A program made the position numbers and the translations under genes. Positions 1 through 47,630 of a stretch of DNA of 64,000 nt are shown in pieces (positions within the stretch are counted from its first letter, which is position 1; every line of letters begins with the position of its first letter). The DNA is from the human T2T-CHM13v2.0 reference genome, Homo sapiens. Location: the NCBI RefSeq assembly GCF_009914755.1, contig NC_060929.1; one strand, written 5' to 3'. A model generated the notes under the pieces. It did no database searches, had not been told where the DNA came from, and was given only the letters and a program-made list of their open reading frames with translations.

Positions 1-2047
1 TGCAGAATAAGTGCTCAAAAACAGACCCGGGAAAGACCAACAGTCGCTGTGTGACTGGCTGAGAAGGCTGAGGTCCCAAGGGCAGGAGCCACCAGACATT
101 CTTGCCACAGAGACCCACATACAGGCTGCAGGGGAACAACTCGGCAACCAGCTAAGGGCCTGAGCCTAACGCAGGTCAGCAGCTGTGCCTGAGGAGACTG
201 GGGAAAGGCTCTGTCCAATGGCATGCACAGGGAAGAGCCCTGGCTTGACGCTGATGGATCACCCAATTGTAGAGATGAGGAGGCTGAGGCTCAAAGCCGA
301 CACGTGGGTCCTGGTCAGCCTGGGACTGGAATCTGAGGAAAGGCCTTGTTGAAGGGAGCAGGAATCTCTGGAGCCAAGGGGGGACCTAATGAGCAAGAGC
401 TCGGCCAGGCACACAGTGTGAGAGCCGAGCATGCACAGCCCTTGGAGACGGCGAGCGGCCCTGCAGGACAAGGACCGGCCCTGGAGTCAGGCCCCAGTTC
501 CCATCTGGGCTCTGCTGCTTCCTGCTCGTATCTTAGGAAAAATCCTTTCAGTTTTCAAACTCCCAATGGTTGAGTAAAAAGGGAACGAGATGGCCATCTG
601 CCTAAAAATACATCAGGTGACATCACCCGTAAGGTGCCTGGCACTGATGACCCCTGACCAGTGGTCAGACACGGCTCCCCTCATGGTGCCTCCTCCACTC
701 TGTGCTGGGCTCTCCCAACAGCTGTGAGAGCTGCCACCGGCCACAGCACTGGTGCTGCTCTGCTCCTATCAAGAACCCTCCAAAGACAAGGGCTGAAACA
801 GTGTGATGAAGTTCCAGGCAACCCGGGGCAGGAGGGAAACCAGCCAGGCGCGAGCTGGAAATGATGAAAGCTGGTTGGCAGGAAGGGTGCTTACCAGACC
901 TCTCTCCTCTGCTGGGTATGTGACTGAAAAACCCCCAAACAATGGATGTTCTGGGGTCTGAGCGGACCCAAGCACTTCCATGCTGAGAGAGGAGGCTCCT
1001 GGGCAGTGGGCAGACTACAGGCCCTGGAATGGGTCATCCTGAGGATAAACCGCCCATGTCAGGTCCCCCGTGTCACGTGCCAGTTCTGGTCAGGAGCTGG
1101 CCCTGGGCCTGGCACCTGCTCAGGGCCCCAAAGAGAAACCGAGAACCACAGCCAAGGGCCACCACGGCCTGGTGACCAGTGAGGCCTGAGCAGGTTAGAG
1201 GCACCCCAGTGCTCGCTGAGCACCTGCCCTGGGCCAAACAGCCATTTATAGAGCTTACAATTGAGCAGGAGGGCCAGAGACAATAAAATTAATTACTCGG
1301 TAGACTCAAAGATGGTAAATATTATGAAGAAAAATAAAGCCAGCAAAGATGCTGGGGAGTGGGCTGGGGACACAGGAGGGGGCACGACATTCCACGAGGG
1401 CATCAGGGAAGGCCGCACTGAGGAGGTAACATCTGAGCAAGGCCCTAGGAGACAAGGGTGAAACAGCCGGGGCAGGAGGGCACAGGCGCATCCAGGCAGC
1501 AGCTGGAAGCCACAGTAGGCAGGGGGAGCAGTGAGCAGGGAGCCAGAGGTGGCAGGGCTGGCACAGAGGCCCTGGCGCCCCCTGCAGAGCTCTGCGCAGA
1601 GCAGCAGGAGGCCTCACACGGGCTGAAGGCGATTACTGAAGGCGATTACACGGCTGCTGTGCTCACGAGAGACTGTTGGGGGCTGGTGAAGGAGGGGACC
1701 ACTTGGGAGACTCCTGTGAGAGACACTGGTGGCCTGAAGCCGCCAGGTAGTCAGGGAGGGGAGGGAAGTGGTGAGACGTGCTGTGAAAATAAAGCCACAG
1801 GGACTGTTGATGGACCAGAGGTGCCATGTGAGAGAAAGAAGGGTCCGGAAAGACAGCAAGCAAATAGAGGGGCACAGGTGCCACTGACATCCCGATGGGC
1901 AAGATGTGGCCTCAGCTGTGGGCACAAGGGCTGAGCAGGTCCAGAGCGGTCTGGGCTGGAGATAAATCTGGGAATCTACATTGCCCAAATCTAACTGACC
2001 CGCTGCCTCCTGTTGATGGGGAAGGTTGCCAAGGGACCGTTCAAGGC

Positions 2048-2271
2048 CTGAGGCCCGGACAGGCCATTTACAGAAGAAAGGAGGAGGAGGAACACAGCCA
2101 GGTGAGCTCAGAAACCACAGGAACTGAGGCCCGGACAGGCCATTTACAGAAGAAAGGAGGAGGAGGAACACAGCCAGGTGAGCCCAGAAACCACAGGAAC
2201 TGAGGCCCGGACAGGCCATTTACAGAAGAAAGGAGGAGGAGGAACACAGCCAGGTGAGCTCAGAAACCACA
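2048..2271. repeat. 76-bp tandem repeat, about 3 copies, LMAN2 intron 6
   Basis: Unit ctgaggcccggacaggccatttacagaagaaaggaggaggaggaacacagccaggtgagc(t/c)cagaaaccacaggaa starts at 2048, 2124 and 2200. Confidence 0.95.
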
Positions 2272-2358
2272 TGAAGGCAGGCAATCAACTGCATGGAAAG
2301 CTCCCAGTCCCTCAGGGTGAGCTGGGCTGGGAACCAACGCCTGGCCCGGCCCACTCAC

Positions 2359-16871
<14,513 letters not shown>

Positions 16872-16879
16872 TCTCCTCT

Positions 16880-17300
16880 CCTCTCGGCCACTTCCGCCCT
16901 AGAACTTCCGCCTTCCGGGGGTCCCATCTATTGGCCTCCGGCCGGAAGCTCTTCAACTTTACTGTCGCCAGGGAGTCAAAAAGCAAAGCCTCCGCAGCAG
17001 ACGGGGCGGCAGCTGCATTGGCCGGGCAGCCTCTCATCCTGGTTGAGTGCAGTTTCATCTCCTTAGAGGCTCCAAGGCACACGCCGGCCAGCCCCAGCAA
17101 TGGGTTCTTTCGAGCGACAAGAGCTGTAACCAGTCACGGAACAGCACGTTAGGCTTGCGAGCCAATGAGGAGCAGAGGGATGGTTGGAGCCGGCGGGAGC
17201 GCGAGGGCCGTCCGCGACTCGGGGCATGCTGGAATTTGTAGTTTTTGTCGGTCGCTCTAATGGGGCGGATTCGCGAAGACTAGGACGTCTTGGGCTTCTG
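16880..17300 (-). promoter_or_regulatory. LMAN2 CpG-island housekeeping promoter
   Basis: CpG-rich. ETS/GABP cores (acttccgcc, ccggaag) at 16890-16950, CCAAT box at 17162, and a ZNF143-type motif ACTACAAATTCCAGCATGC on the minus strand at 17224-17242. Confidence 0.8.
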
Positions 17301-17758
17301 GCCGCAAGTCCCGTCTCTGGAATAACCTTTTCTAGTCCTGGAGAAAGGAGCTCTGAATTGAAGGCGGAGTCCTGCATTCCAACCCTTGTCCTCCCCGGGT
17401 GGCCCTGGGCAAGCCTTTAAGCCGTGCCTGCCGTCAGGCGCCCCAGCTTCGCGCCTTTGGAGACTCAGAATTCCCAATTATTTGAGGGCCTCCACTACCC
17501 TCAACTCCTCAGGCCTAGTCGGGTTGAAGCAAGAGGAACAGACACAGATCCTGGCCTGGGACCCCAGTGATGACTGGAACTCATCCCTATGCAAAAGAGC
17601 GCAGTGCCTGGTACAGCAAGTAACGTCCATGGAAGGCCCAGGAAAGCTGTGAATCAGAGGTCGAAAACTGGTGGCCTGCAGCTGAATAGAGCTCTGTTTT
17701 ACCTGCCAATATTCTAATAAATGGCTTAACTACCAGTATTTTAAAGTCAGAATATAGA

Positions 17759-19450
<1,692 letters not shown>

Positions 19451-20797
19451 ACACAACAAAAGTCTTCTGCCACTCCCCTCGCAAGGAGTGTCCCCTTCCA
19501 GAGATTTATCTGCACCCATACAAACAAAAACATGCACATTCCATGGGACCTTCATGGGGCTGGGATTTTTGTCAGCTATGGTCACTACTGAATCCCTGGC
19601 ATCTAGAATAGTGCTTGTCACATAGGAGGTGATTAATAAGTAACTGGTGAAAGAATGAATATTTGTTCTAGAACCTGGAATTGGGTCATGAAGAATGAGT
19701 AGGAGTTTTCCGGGAAAGGTAAAGGCATTCTCAGCAGAGAGAAGAGGAGCTGCAATCTAGGGAGGGATGTGTGAGAGCAGATGAAATACAAGTAGTTTGG
19801 AATGGCTGAGAAGTTGGAGTTGGGGGCTGCGGGGGAGCTGAAGCCAAAACTCAAAGGGCCTTCAATTCCCAAGTAAGGAACATGGCCTTTTCCCAGAACT
19901 CAATGGGATATTTCTAAGCATGGGAGTGACCAATGTGGATTCCTCTAGCTATGGTGAGGAGAAGAGATTGGAGCGGGGATAATAGGGAGACTGGATTCAT
20001 CATGATCGGGGGAGAGAGGGTGAGGCCTAAGCCAAGGAGGTCTTCACAGAGAAGAAGGATCTGAAGTCCCAGCCAGAGACTAAATCAGGAACTGATGCCC
20101 TGTGGGCAGCCAGGAAGGGAGAAGTCGAGGATGGTGCTTTGTGGGTGGAGGTACTCCACCACTCTCATGGCATGGAGAAGACTAGATAAGGGCTAAGAGA
20201 TGGGAACAGCCAGGGCTAGCTGTGGTGAAGATGTGGTCAGAGCTAGAACTGGCATCCATGGTGGAGAGAAGGGAAGAGGTGTCTCTGCAGGAGAGTATGA
20301 ACTTCAAAGGGAGTCCCAGGCAGAGACTGTGACTGTCCTTTGGCAGGAAGAAGATGAGCTGTGGGCATCTGTGGTGGCCAAAGCCCAGTTCCAGGCACCC
20401 CAAGCACACTCACAGCTTAGCAGATCTCTAAGAGGATGTATAGCCTTGGGCAACTCACTTCTCTCTGAGCCTCAGTTTCCTGATCTGTGAAATGGTAATA
20501 ATAAGCACCATTCACAAAGTGGTTGTGAGGACTAGGACTGTAAAGCCACCTAGGAAATGGCCCAGATCCATGGCACAGCAGACAGGAAGTCTTCACCCAT
20601 ATCACACACCCTACAACCCCCACAGGCACATTGAAACAGTCACACACCTTATTAAGACCACCATTGGCAATGGTCCAGGCCCAAAAGCAACCTCCACCGT
20701 AACCCCTTTCACACATCAAGTCTGACTGAATCTCTCTGTCTGTGTGGCCTGAAGCAAGGTGTCTGGAGAGAGGTGAGGCAGTGCTGGGAGAAGAAGT

Positions 20798-21291
20798 GTG
20801 TTAACTAGGGCAGTGCTAGCTGCTATAACAAATAGGCCCTAATGTATATAATGACCTGAAAATTTTTTTGATGTTTCTTTTTTTTTTAACTATTTTTACA
20901 AGGTTTGTGCATCTGTCAGGAGGCTCAAAAAATTTTACTTCCCACTTACATAATGGTCTGAAGCTGGTTTCCAGGTTGATGGGTGGCTTGCCTTCAGGCA
21001 CTGATACACAGACCCTGCTTTTTCCTTCTTGTGGTTCCACAATCCCCTGGGCCTCCTCATCTTCTCTATCCATCCAGCTGAAGGAGAAAGAGGGAGGGTG
21101 CAGGGCACACACTTACTTCTTCAAAGCCTTGGCTCAAAAATGACACATGTCATCCCACACATTTTCAATTGGCAAGAAGTGGTCACATGTCCACATCTGA
21201 CTGCAAGGGAACCTGGGAAAGTAAAGTTAGCCACGTGCCCAGGAAAAAAGGACATGAATTTGTGGTGAAGAGCTATTCAGTTTCTGCCACT
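20798..21291 (-). mobile_element. MaLR (MLT1-type) LTR remnant
   Basis: Starts tgtgttaactagggcagtgctagctgctataacaaat and contains ttggcaagaagtggtcacatgtccacatctgactgcaaggga, typical of MLT1. Confidence 0.55.
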
Positions 21292-21314
21292 GAAGAGTTC
21301 AGGTCACAGCCCTA

Positions 21315-21700
<386 letters not shown>

Positions 21701-21921
21701 AAAGAAAAAGAGAGAAAGAGGAGCTCAAATCAGAATGGTGGGCAAGTTGAGGGGTCTTAGTGAGCCCACGCTTAGAAGAAAATATAAGTCCTTGCAGTGG
21801 GGACACGCATGTGTGAGAAAGAGGCAAACCAAGGACCCTAGCTAAAATTTTTAAAACTGGAGTTCATCTGGGGCCAGGTCAGGGCCGAGGGCAGGATGCC
21901 CACCCTTCAGCCAACACTACA

Positions 21922-22295
21922 TGCTATCAAATTAAGTTTATATCCCCCAAAATTCATACGTTGAAACACTAACCTGCAAGGTGTTATTTGGAGACAGGGC
22001 CTTTGAGAGGTAATTGGGTCATGAAAGAGAACCCCTTAGGGTGGGATTAGGAATTAGTGCCCTTATAAAAAGAGACAGGAGGGAGCTGGCTTCCTTTATC
22101 TCCACTTGCTATCGTGAGGGCATGGCAAAAAGACAGCTGTCTGCAAACCAGGAAGAGGGCCCTCTCTAGATACCAGATGTGCCAGCGGCTTGCCCTTGGA
22201 CATCTCAGCCTCCAGAAGTGTGAGAAATACTTATTTGTTGTTTAACCCACCTGGTCTATGGTATTTTTGCTATAGCAGCCTGAGTTGACTAAGGC
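21922..22295 (+). mobile_element. MaLR solo LTR (MST/MLT1A-like)
   Basis: TG start (tgcta...cccccaaaattcatacgttgaaa), internal cttataaaa, and end ttgctatagcagcctgagttgactaaggca. Confidence 0.75.
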
Positions 22296-22959
22296 AGGAT
22301 TTCTGAGTGAGTATGAATGCGCTCAAGTCTTTGGCCACAGATATAGGTGATCCAGTCCCCTACCTAGGTAGGTGAGCGTGTGCATCATATCTGCTTACAC
22401 ATATGTCACTGGAGTGTCGGAATACATATGTCCTATGTTCAGGTGTGCCTGTCACATGCACCTCTTCAGGGGACTGTGCATGCACATGACTATACACCCA
22501 AGTCCCCCTTGTAAGGGAGAGCCCATGTGTTTATGACACGCATACCTGAATGTCTGTGTGTGCACAGCCATGCGGGCAAGTTATCCATCTGTCTGCACAC
22601 CTGGCCACATGCATGGAAGGAGCCTGTAGGTGTCTGGGGCTAGAGGTACCCTGCATATGTGCAGCTGCCGGGGAGAGGGGTACTGAGCACATGTTTGTCT
22701 GGCACACAGTAGGTATGAGGTAAGTGTGTGCCGAGTAAAGTACACGTGTGGATACACAGGTCCCAGTGCACGTGTGTGCATGTCCACAGGAACGCCCCCA
22801 GGGTGGACAAAGGTGCCTAGGTATGTTTACTCGTGTGCTGTGAGCCCAGGCATGAACTTAGAGCTCCCTGGTCCTGGCCAGACCAGGCTGGGCTCCTTGC
22901 TGGGCACACGGAAGCCTCTGCCTTGTGTTGGTGCCCGTGCGGGATGCTGCCAGGAGTGT

Positions 22960-23246
22960 GTTGGTGGCGTGTGTGTGCGTGAACGTGTGTGTGTGTGCGC
23001 GTGTGTGTGTAGGAAGAGGCGTTCGCTCTCTTAGACCTTGCTTCTTTCTGTGGTTTGGTTTCTATAGAGACACTTCCTGTGGCAGAGAAAAGAGGTAGTG
23101 AGCGGTGTTTCAGGATGTGAGGGCCCGCAGGAGCCGAGTCAGGCTCTCTCCACTGCCTGCCCGCCACCGTGCAAGCTCTGGCCGGCGCTGCCCACAGTCC
23201 CCATGGTGGGCAGCCCCCGCGGCGGGGACCCCTGATCGGCAGCGGC
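22960..23246 (+). promoter_or_regulatory. RGS14 proximal promoter / 5'UTR
   Basis: (TG)n/(CG) tract at 22966-23010, RUNX site TGTGGTT at 23049, ETS site ACTTCCTG at 23072, and a GC-rich leader before ATG 23247. Confidence 0.6.
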
Positions 23247-37291
<14,045 letters not shown>

Positions 37292-37998
37292 CAGCTACCC
37301 AACAGTCCAGGACAGCTGCATGGCACCCGGCGGGCCGAGCATGCCATGGGTCCGCTCTGCATGCCCTGTCTGTGCCATGAGTGTCCCTGGCCCCTTCCTG
37401 CCATGGGCAGGCCCGCAGGAAGAGCCGGTAGGGGTGGAAAGGGGACTCAGATGAGACACACCCCACAGCTGCCACCGCCTTGTCCCTCAACAAGCTCACC
37501 CCCAATCCCTTGCAGCCAGGCCACAATGGGGGAGGTGAGTCCAGCCCCTTGGAACAGGCTTGCCCAACATGGAGGGATGGCGTTGGCAGTGCCAGCCTCC
37601 CCAGCCTGTGCCAAGCTTCAACAGGGGCAAGAGGAGGGGCCGGCCCCTCCTCAGGAAGCTGGTATGAGTAAGGCCTTGAGGGTGCAGGCAGGCAGCCCTG
37701 TACCCCACCCACATAGACTATACTGTACATACAGATTTTGCAGTAGGCTTGGGGCAGCTGGGTTTGTCCTTGATGTATGATACTGTTATTATAATAATTA
37801 TTATTATTCTGCCATGAGTTGTCTTCCTTGTGTGCCAGACTGTCCTGTGGCTTCCCCCACCCTCAAAACACACTACTTCTGTCACCAAGGTCAGTGCCAG
37901 GAAACTCTTGGGGACCTCAGGATGTGCCTCCTGACTTCCTGTTTTCAGAACCTCTCTTCCTGACTGCACAGTATATGGGGTGGTGTGTGAATATCTTA

Positions 37999-38860
<862 letters not shown>

Positions 38861-39314
38861 CCTCAGGGGCAGGTTCTCACTCTTACCTGCTTTAGCTGGG
38901 TGGTCTAGCTGGAAGTCCAAACCCCTCACTGTGGGAGGCAAGGAGGACCTCCCAGAAGGAGGGCCCCAGACTGCGGGGAGAGAAGCCAGACTGGGTTCCA
39001 GCCCAGAGAGGTAAGTGCTGCAACAGGAAGCTAGGGGGTGTAGGGGCCAGGAGAAGGCACCTGAGAGAGTGAGGGGTGTCTCCTGACTGCCTCAAACAGG
39101 TCACGTTGCCTTCCCCATTGGAATCTTTGCACTCGCTGTCTCCTCTGCCAGGAACTCCCCTTACCTGCCCCGTGCGCAGTCAACTGGCTCCTCCTCCTCC
39201 TGGAAATCTGTGGGGTTTGCCAGCCACCCTGTCCCACTATGGGAGCTTCACACCTCTGCCCCCTCAGCCCATTTTGTTTGGCTGGCATAACCGGATCCCT
39301 GGCAAGCCTGGCTG

Positions 39315-39392
39315 ATCAGAATACTCCATTCCACTGGCCAATCAGAGTACTCCATTCCACTAGCCAATCAGAGTAGTACCTTTCCCTGGCCA
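39315..39392. repeat. 3 x 26-bp tandem repeat carrying CCAATCAG boxes, within a probable old LTR
   Basis: atcaga(a/g)tactccattccact(g/a)gcca units; AATAAA at about 39585 and 39621 downstream. Confidence 0.8.
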
Positions 39393-39892
39393 GAATTTGG
39401 TTCAGACATAGTCCTCTGACCTCAGGTGTTCCAATCAGAGTCCCAGTCCCGGTCATTTTCTACCGTCTCCTGGGGTTTGTAGAAAGGACCCTTAGGGAGC
39501 GAACCTGCATGTGAATGCAGCCAACACTGGAGAGCAAGACTAAAAGATGAAGGAAGATTCCTGACGAAATCCAGCTATACCTGAAATAAAACACTCCTTG
39601 CTTTTCTCCTTTTGCAAGCCAATAAATCCTTTTCGTGTCTGTGCTTGTTACCATGAGAGGTTTTTAAGACCTGCAACTACAAAAGTCCTGCCTCATTGAA
39701 GATCTCTGTTTAAACACCTCAGAAGATCCTTCTCTAGTCACCCAGTATAGCCAGGGATGGGCTCCCTGACTCTGTTCTCTATCATTCTAGCCAGTTTTCT
39801 AAATTTGCAGTAGTTATCCCACTGTGCAATTACCTTGTTTACTGATTGATACTCGTGCTGACAATATGATGATACTCATGCTGCGATGGTAG

Positions 39893-42878
<2,986 letters not shown>

Positions 42879-43745
42879 CACACACTGTTGTTTTTTGACC
42901 TCTCTGCATCTTTGCAACACCCCATTTAGCAGAGGGCACTGGCTAATAGCACAGGCATGACCTTCTTGAGGACACGCAGGGTACCCAAGCCCATGTGGCT
43001 CCAAGTCCTCAAGAGACAATCTTGCTACTTGTCTCTGGTTCCCCCCACCTTCACCAAGTCTTGGGGCTGGGGAAGAGGATGGCACAAAATGGGCACAGAG
43101 CAAGCACAGGGCACAGTGTCCTGGGTTCTGGGCCACAGTTCCAGGAGTCAGGAATAGGCACTGGCTGCTCATCTGGAGCCCCTGCCGGAAGTGCTGAGGC
43201 AACAGCCCCAACCCCCAGGGAGGTGATCACAAGATGCACCCCGCAGGGTGTCTAGCCTGGTAGTCAGGTGACCCTGGCTTTTGAGCGGGTGTAGAAGAAG
43301 CTGGAAGTCAGCTACCATGGGGAGACAAAGGCCCAGGTTGCGGGGAACACACTTGGTTCGTTACATTGAATCAGATGCAGCTCAGGCTGAGCACAGGATC
43401 AGGAACTGCCCAACTCCAGGGGGCACCATTCACATCCTTGGTGGGCCTGGTGGGCTCAGGAAGAGCTGGGAACATGAATGTGTCCATGTGGACTGTGAAA
43501 ACTGTAGGGTCTGGGCAAGGGGTGCTCAGTAACCATCTTAGCACCTGTCTCCAGAGAACTGGCTTGGGGTTAGACCAGGGACAGAAAGCAAAGGGAGGAC
43601 TGCCATAGAACCAGCATCACCCCTCAGGCTGGCCTAGGGCGCTGGCTGCCAGCATGAAGTCCCAGCTAGCTAAGAAGGGTAGGTGGGGATAACCCCACTA
43701 GCCAGGGAGGTCACTGTGTTCCTGACCCAGTGCTGGGGAGCTGAA

Positions 43746-44150
43746 GGAACCTGGAACCCAGACCACAACCTGGAGCCAGGAGTGTGGAACTGGAAGTTGG
43801 AGCCCAGAACCCGGAAGCTGGAGCCAAGAGCCTGAAGCTCAGAACCTGCAGTGTGGAATATGGAATCAGAGCCTGGAGCCCAGAATTTGGAGCCCAGTGT
43901 CTAGAACCAGAGCCCCAAGCTTGACACCCGAACCCAGAAACTAGGGCCAGGGGACTGGGTCTCAGAGCCCAGAGCCCAGAACCCAGAGCTTGAACCTGAG
44001 AATTTAGAGTGCAGAGCCTGGAGTTCCTAGCCGGGAGAAGATCCCAGAACCTGGAGATGAGCTCCAGGCCTGAAATACAGAGCCTAAGACCTGAAGTCTA
44101 AAGCCAGACCTCAGAGCTTCAGGTCCGGACCTGGACACCAGAGCCGGGGC
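43746..44150. repeat. Degenerate heptamer minisatellite (cccagag/cctggag-type)
   Basis: About 400 bp of 7-nt periodic units, e.g. cctggag cccagaa tttggag cccagtg tctagaa. Confidence 0.75.
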
Positions 44151-44815
44151 CCGCCTTGGTAGCATGCTGTCAGCCTCCCTCTCTGGCCTGGTCCTAAGGC
44201 CAGTGTGATAGGCTAGAGCCATATGTGGAAGCGAGCTGCAGGGGAAGAGGTGACTTCTGAGAAAAGCCCAAAGCAGCCTCAGCTCTTTTGGCCACAGACT
44301 TTGGCCTTATCAGTAAATGAGTGACCAGTGCCTTGGCCACCAAGATTAATAATTCACGCAGGGCACTTATCCCCTAAACAGGCACGAGGCATTCACAGGT
44401 CAGCCAACCCTGCCCTGGACCCATAGCATTTATTTTAGCCTTGGGCCCCTATCTGGAAAATAGAACTTGGAAGAGACGATGTTTCAGGGCCTTGCCTGCT
44501 CTGTGCTGGGGCCAGGCAGCTCTGTTGAAGTCCAGGCTCTCCAAGAGAGGACAAAGTCAAGGAGGCCAGGAAAGCCATTGCTTTGTTACCCAAAGGGAAC
44601 CCACCGGTGAGAACCACTTTTTTGACAAGAGATATAGAGGGGATGTGCCCCTGATGTGTGCAGCGCACACTCGTGACTGTGTGCATGGCAATTGTGCTGG
44701 TCTGAATGCCGGGATGAGACGTTCACTGCCATACACCCAACGTACAGCACTGTGCTGACTCATCGTGGAGCTTAGATGTTTGTTGAATACATAACATGCT
44801 TGTGAGAAGAGGTAG

Positions 44816-46178
<1,363 letters not shown>

Positions 46179-46803
46179 TGAGATTTGGAGGGGATGCGCC
46201 CCGACGTGTGCAGTGCACACTCATGACTGTGTGCATGGCAGTTGTGCTGGTGTGAATGCCGGCATAAGATGCTCAAGGGTTCTTCTTCCCTTGACCATCT
46301 TCAACTTTAGGTCCTGCGGAAAACCCACATGCAGCAAACTGTGCATTTAAGGAGCACATGGCTCTGAAGAATTGCAGAAACGGCTGGTTGTGCCAGCCTC
46401 CACAGCTTGCTCAGTTCCTGGATGTGCACATTTGTTCTTGGGATCGTTCTCTCTCTCTCCGTTCAGCAGTGATGCCTCTCCCGGAGAAATGGTTTTCACT
46501 GGTGTGATGAAATTTAATATATGTCAGCGTCTCATATTCACGCTGGCGATGCTGTCTCTGCTCCCCCGCCTCCCGCTCCTTCCCACACCATCACAAGCTG
46601 ACTCCTCCCCCAACATGCCCTCCCAGGTGGCTGACAGCCCTTGGTTGTTAAAGCCTCTCTGTTCTCAGATTACTTGACATCTTAGCAGCACTTGACCCAG
46701 CCAACCAGGGTGTCTCTCTCAAAATGTGGTCCAGCCTGGCTTCTGAGGTGGCTTCCTCCTGGTCCGTGGCTGCTCCTCTCAGTCTCCCTTAAATGTGGGT
46801 GCT

Positions 46804-47630
<827 letters not shown>

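Noticed and set aside
2048-2271. 76-bp repeat as a tRNA-sized or CRISPR-like unit
   Set aside because: No cloverleaf or A/B boxes and no variable spacers; it is a simple tandem triplication.
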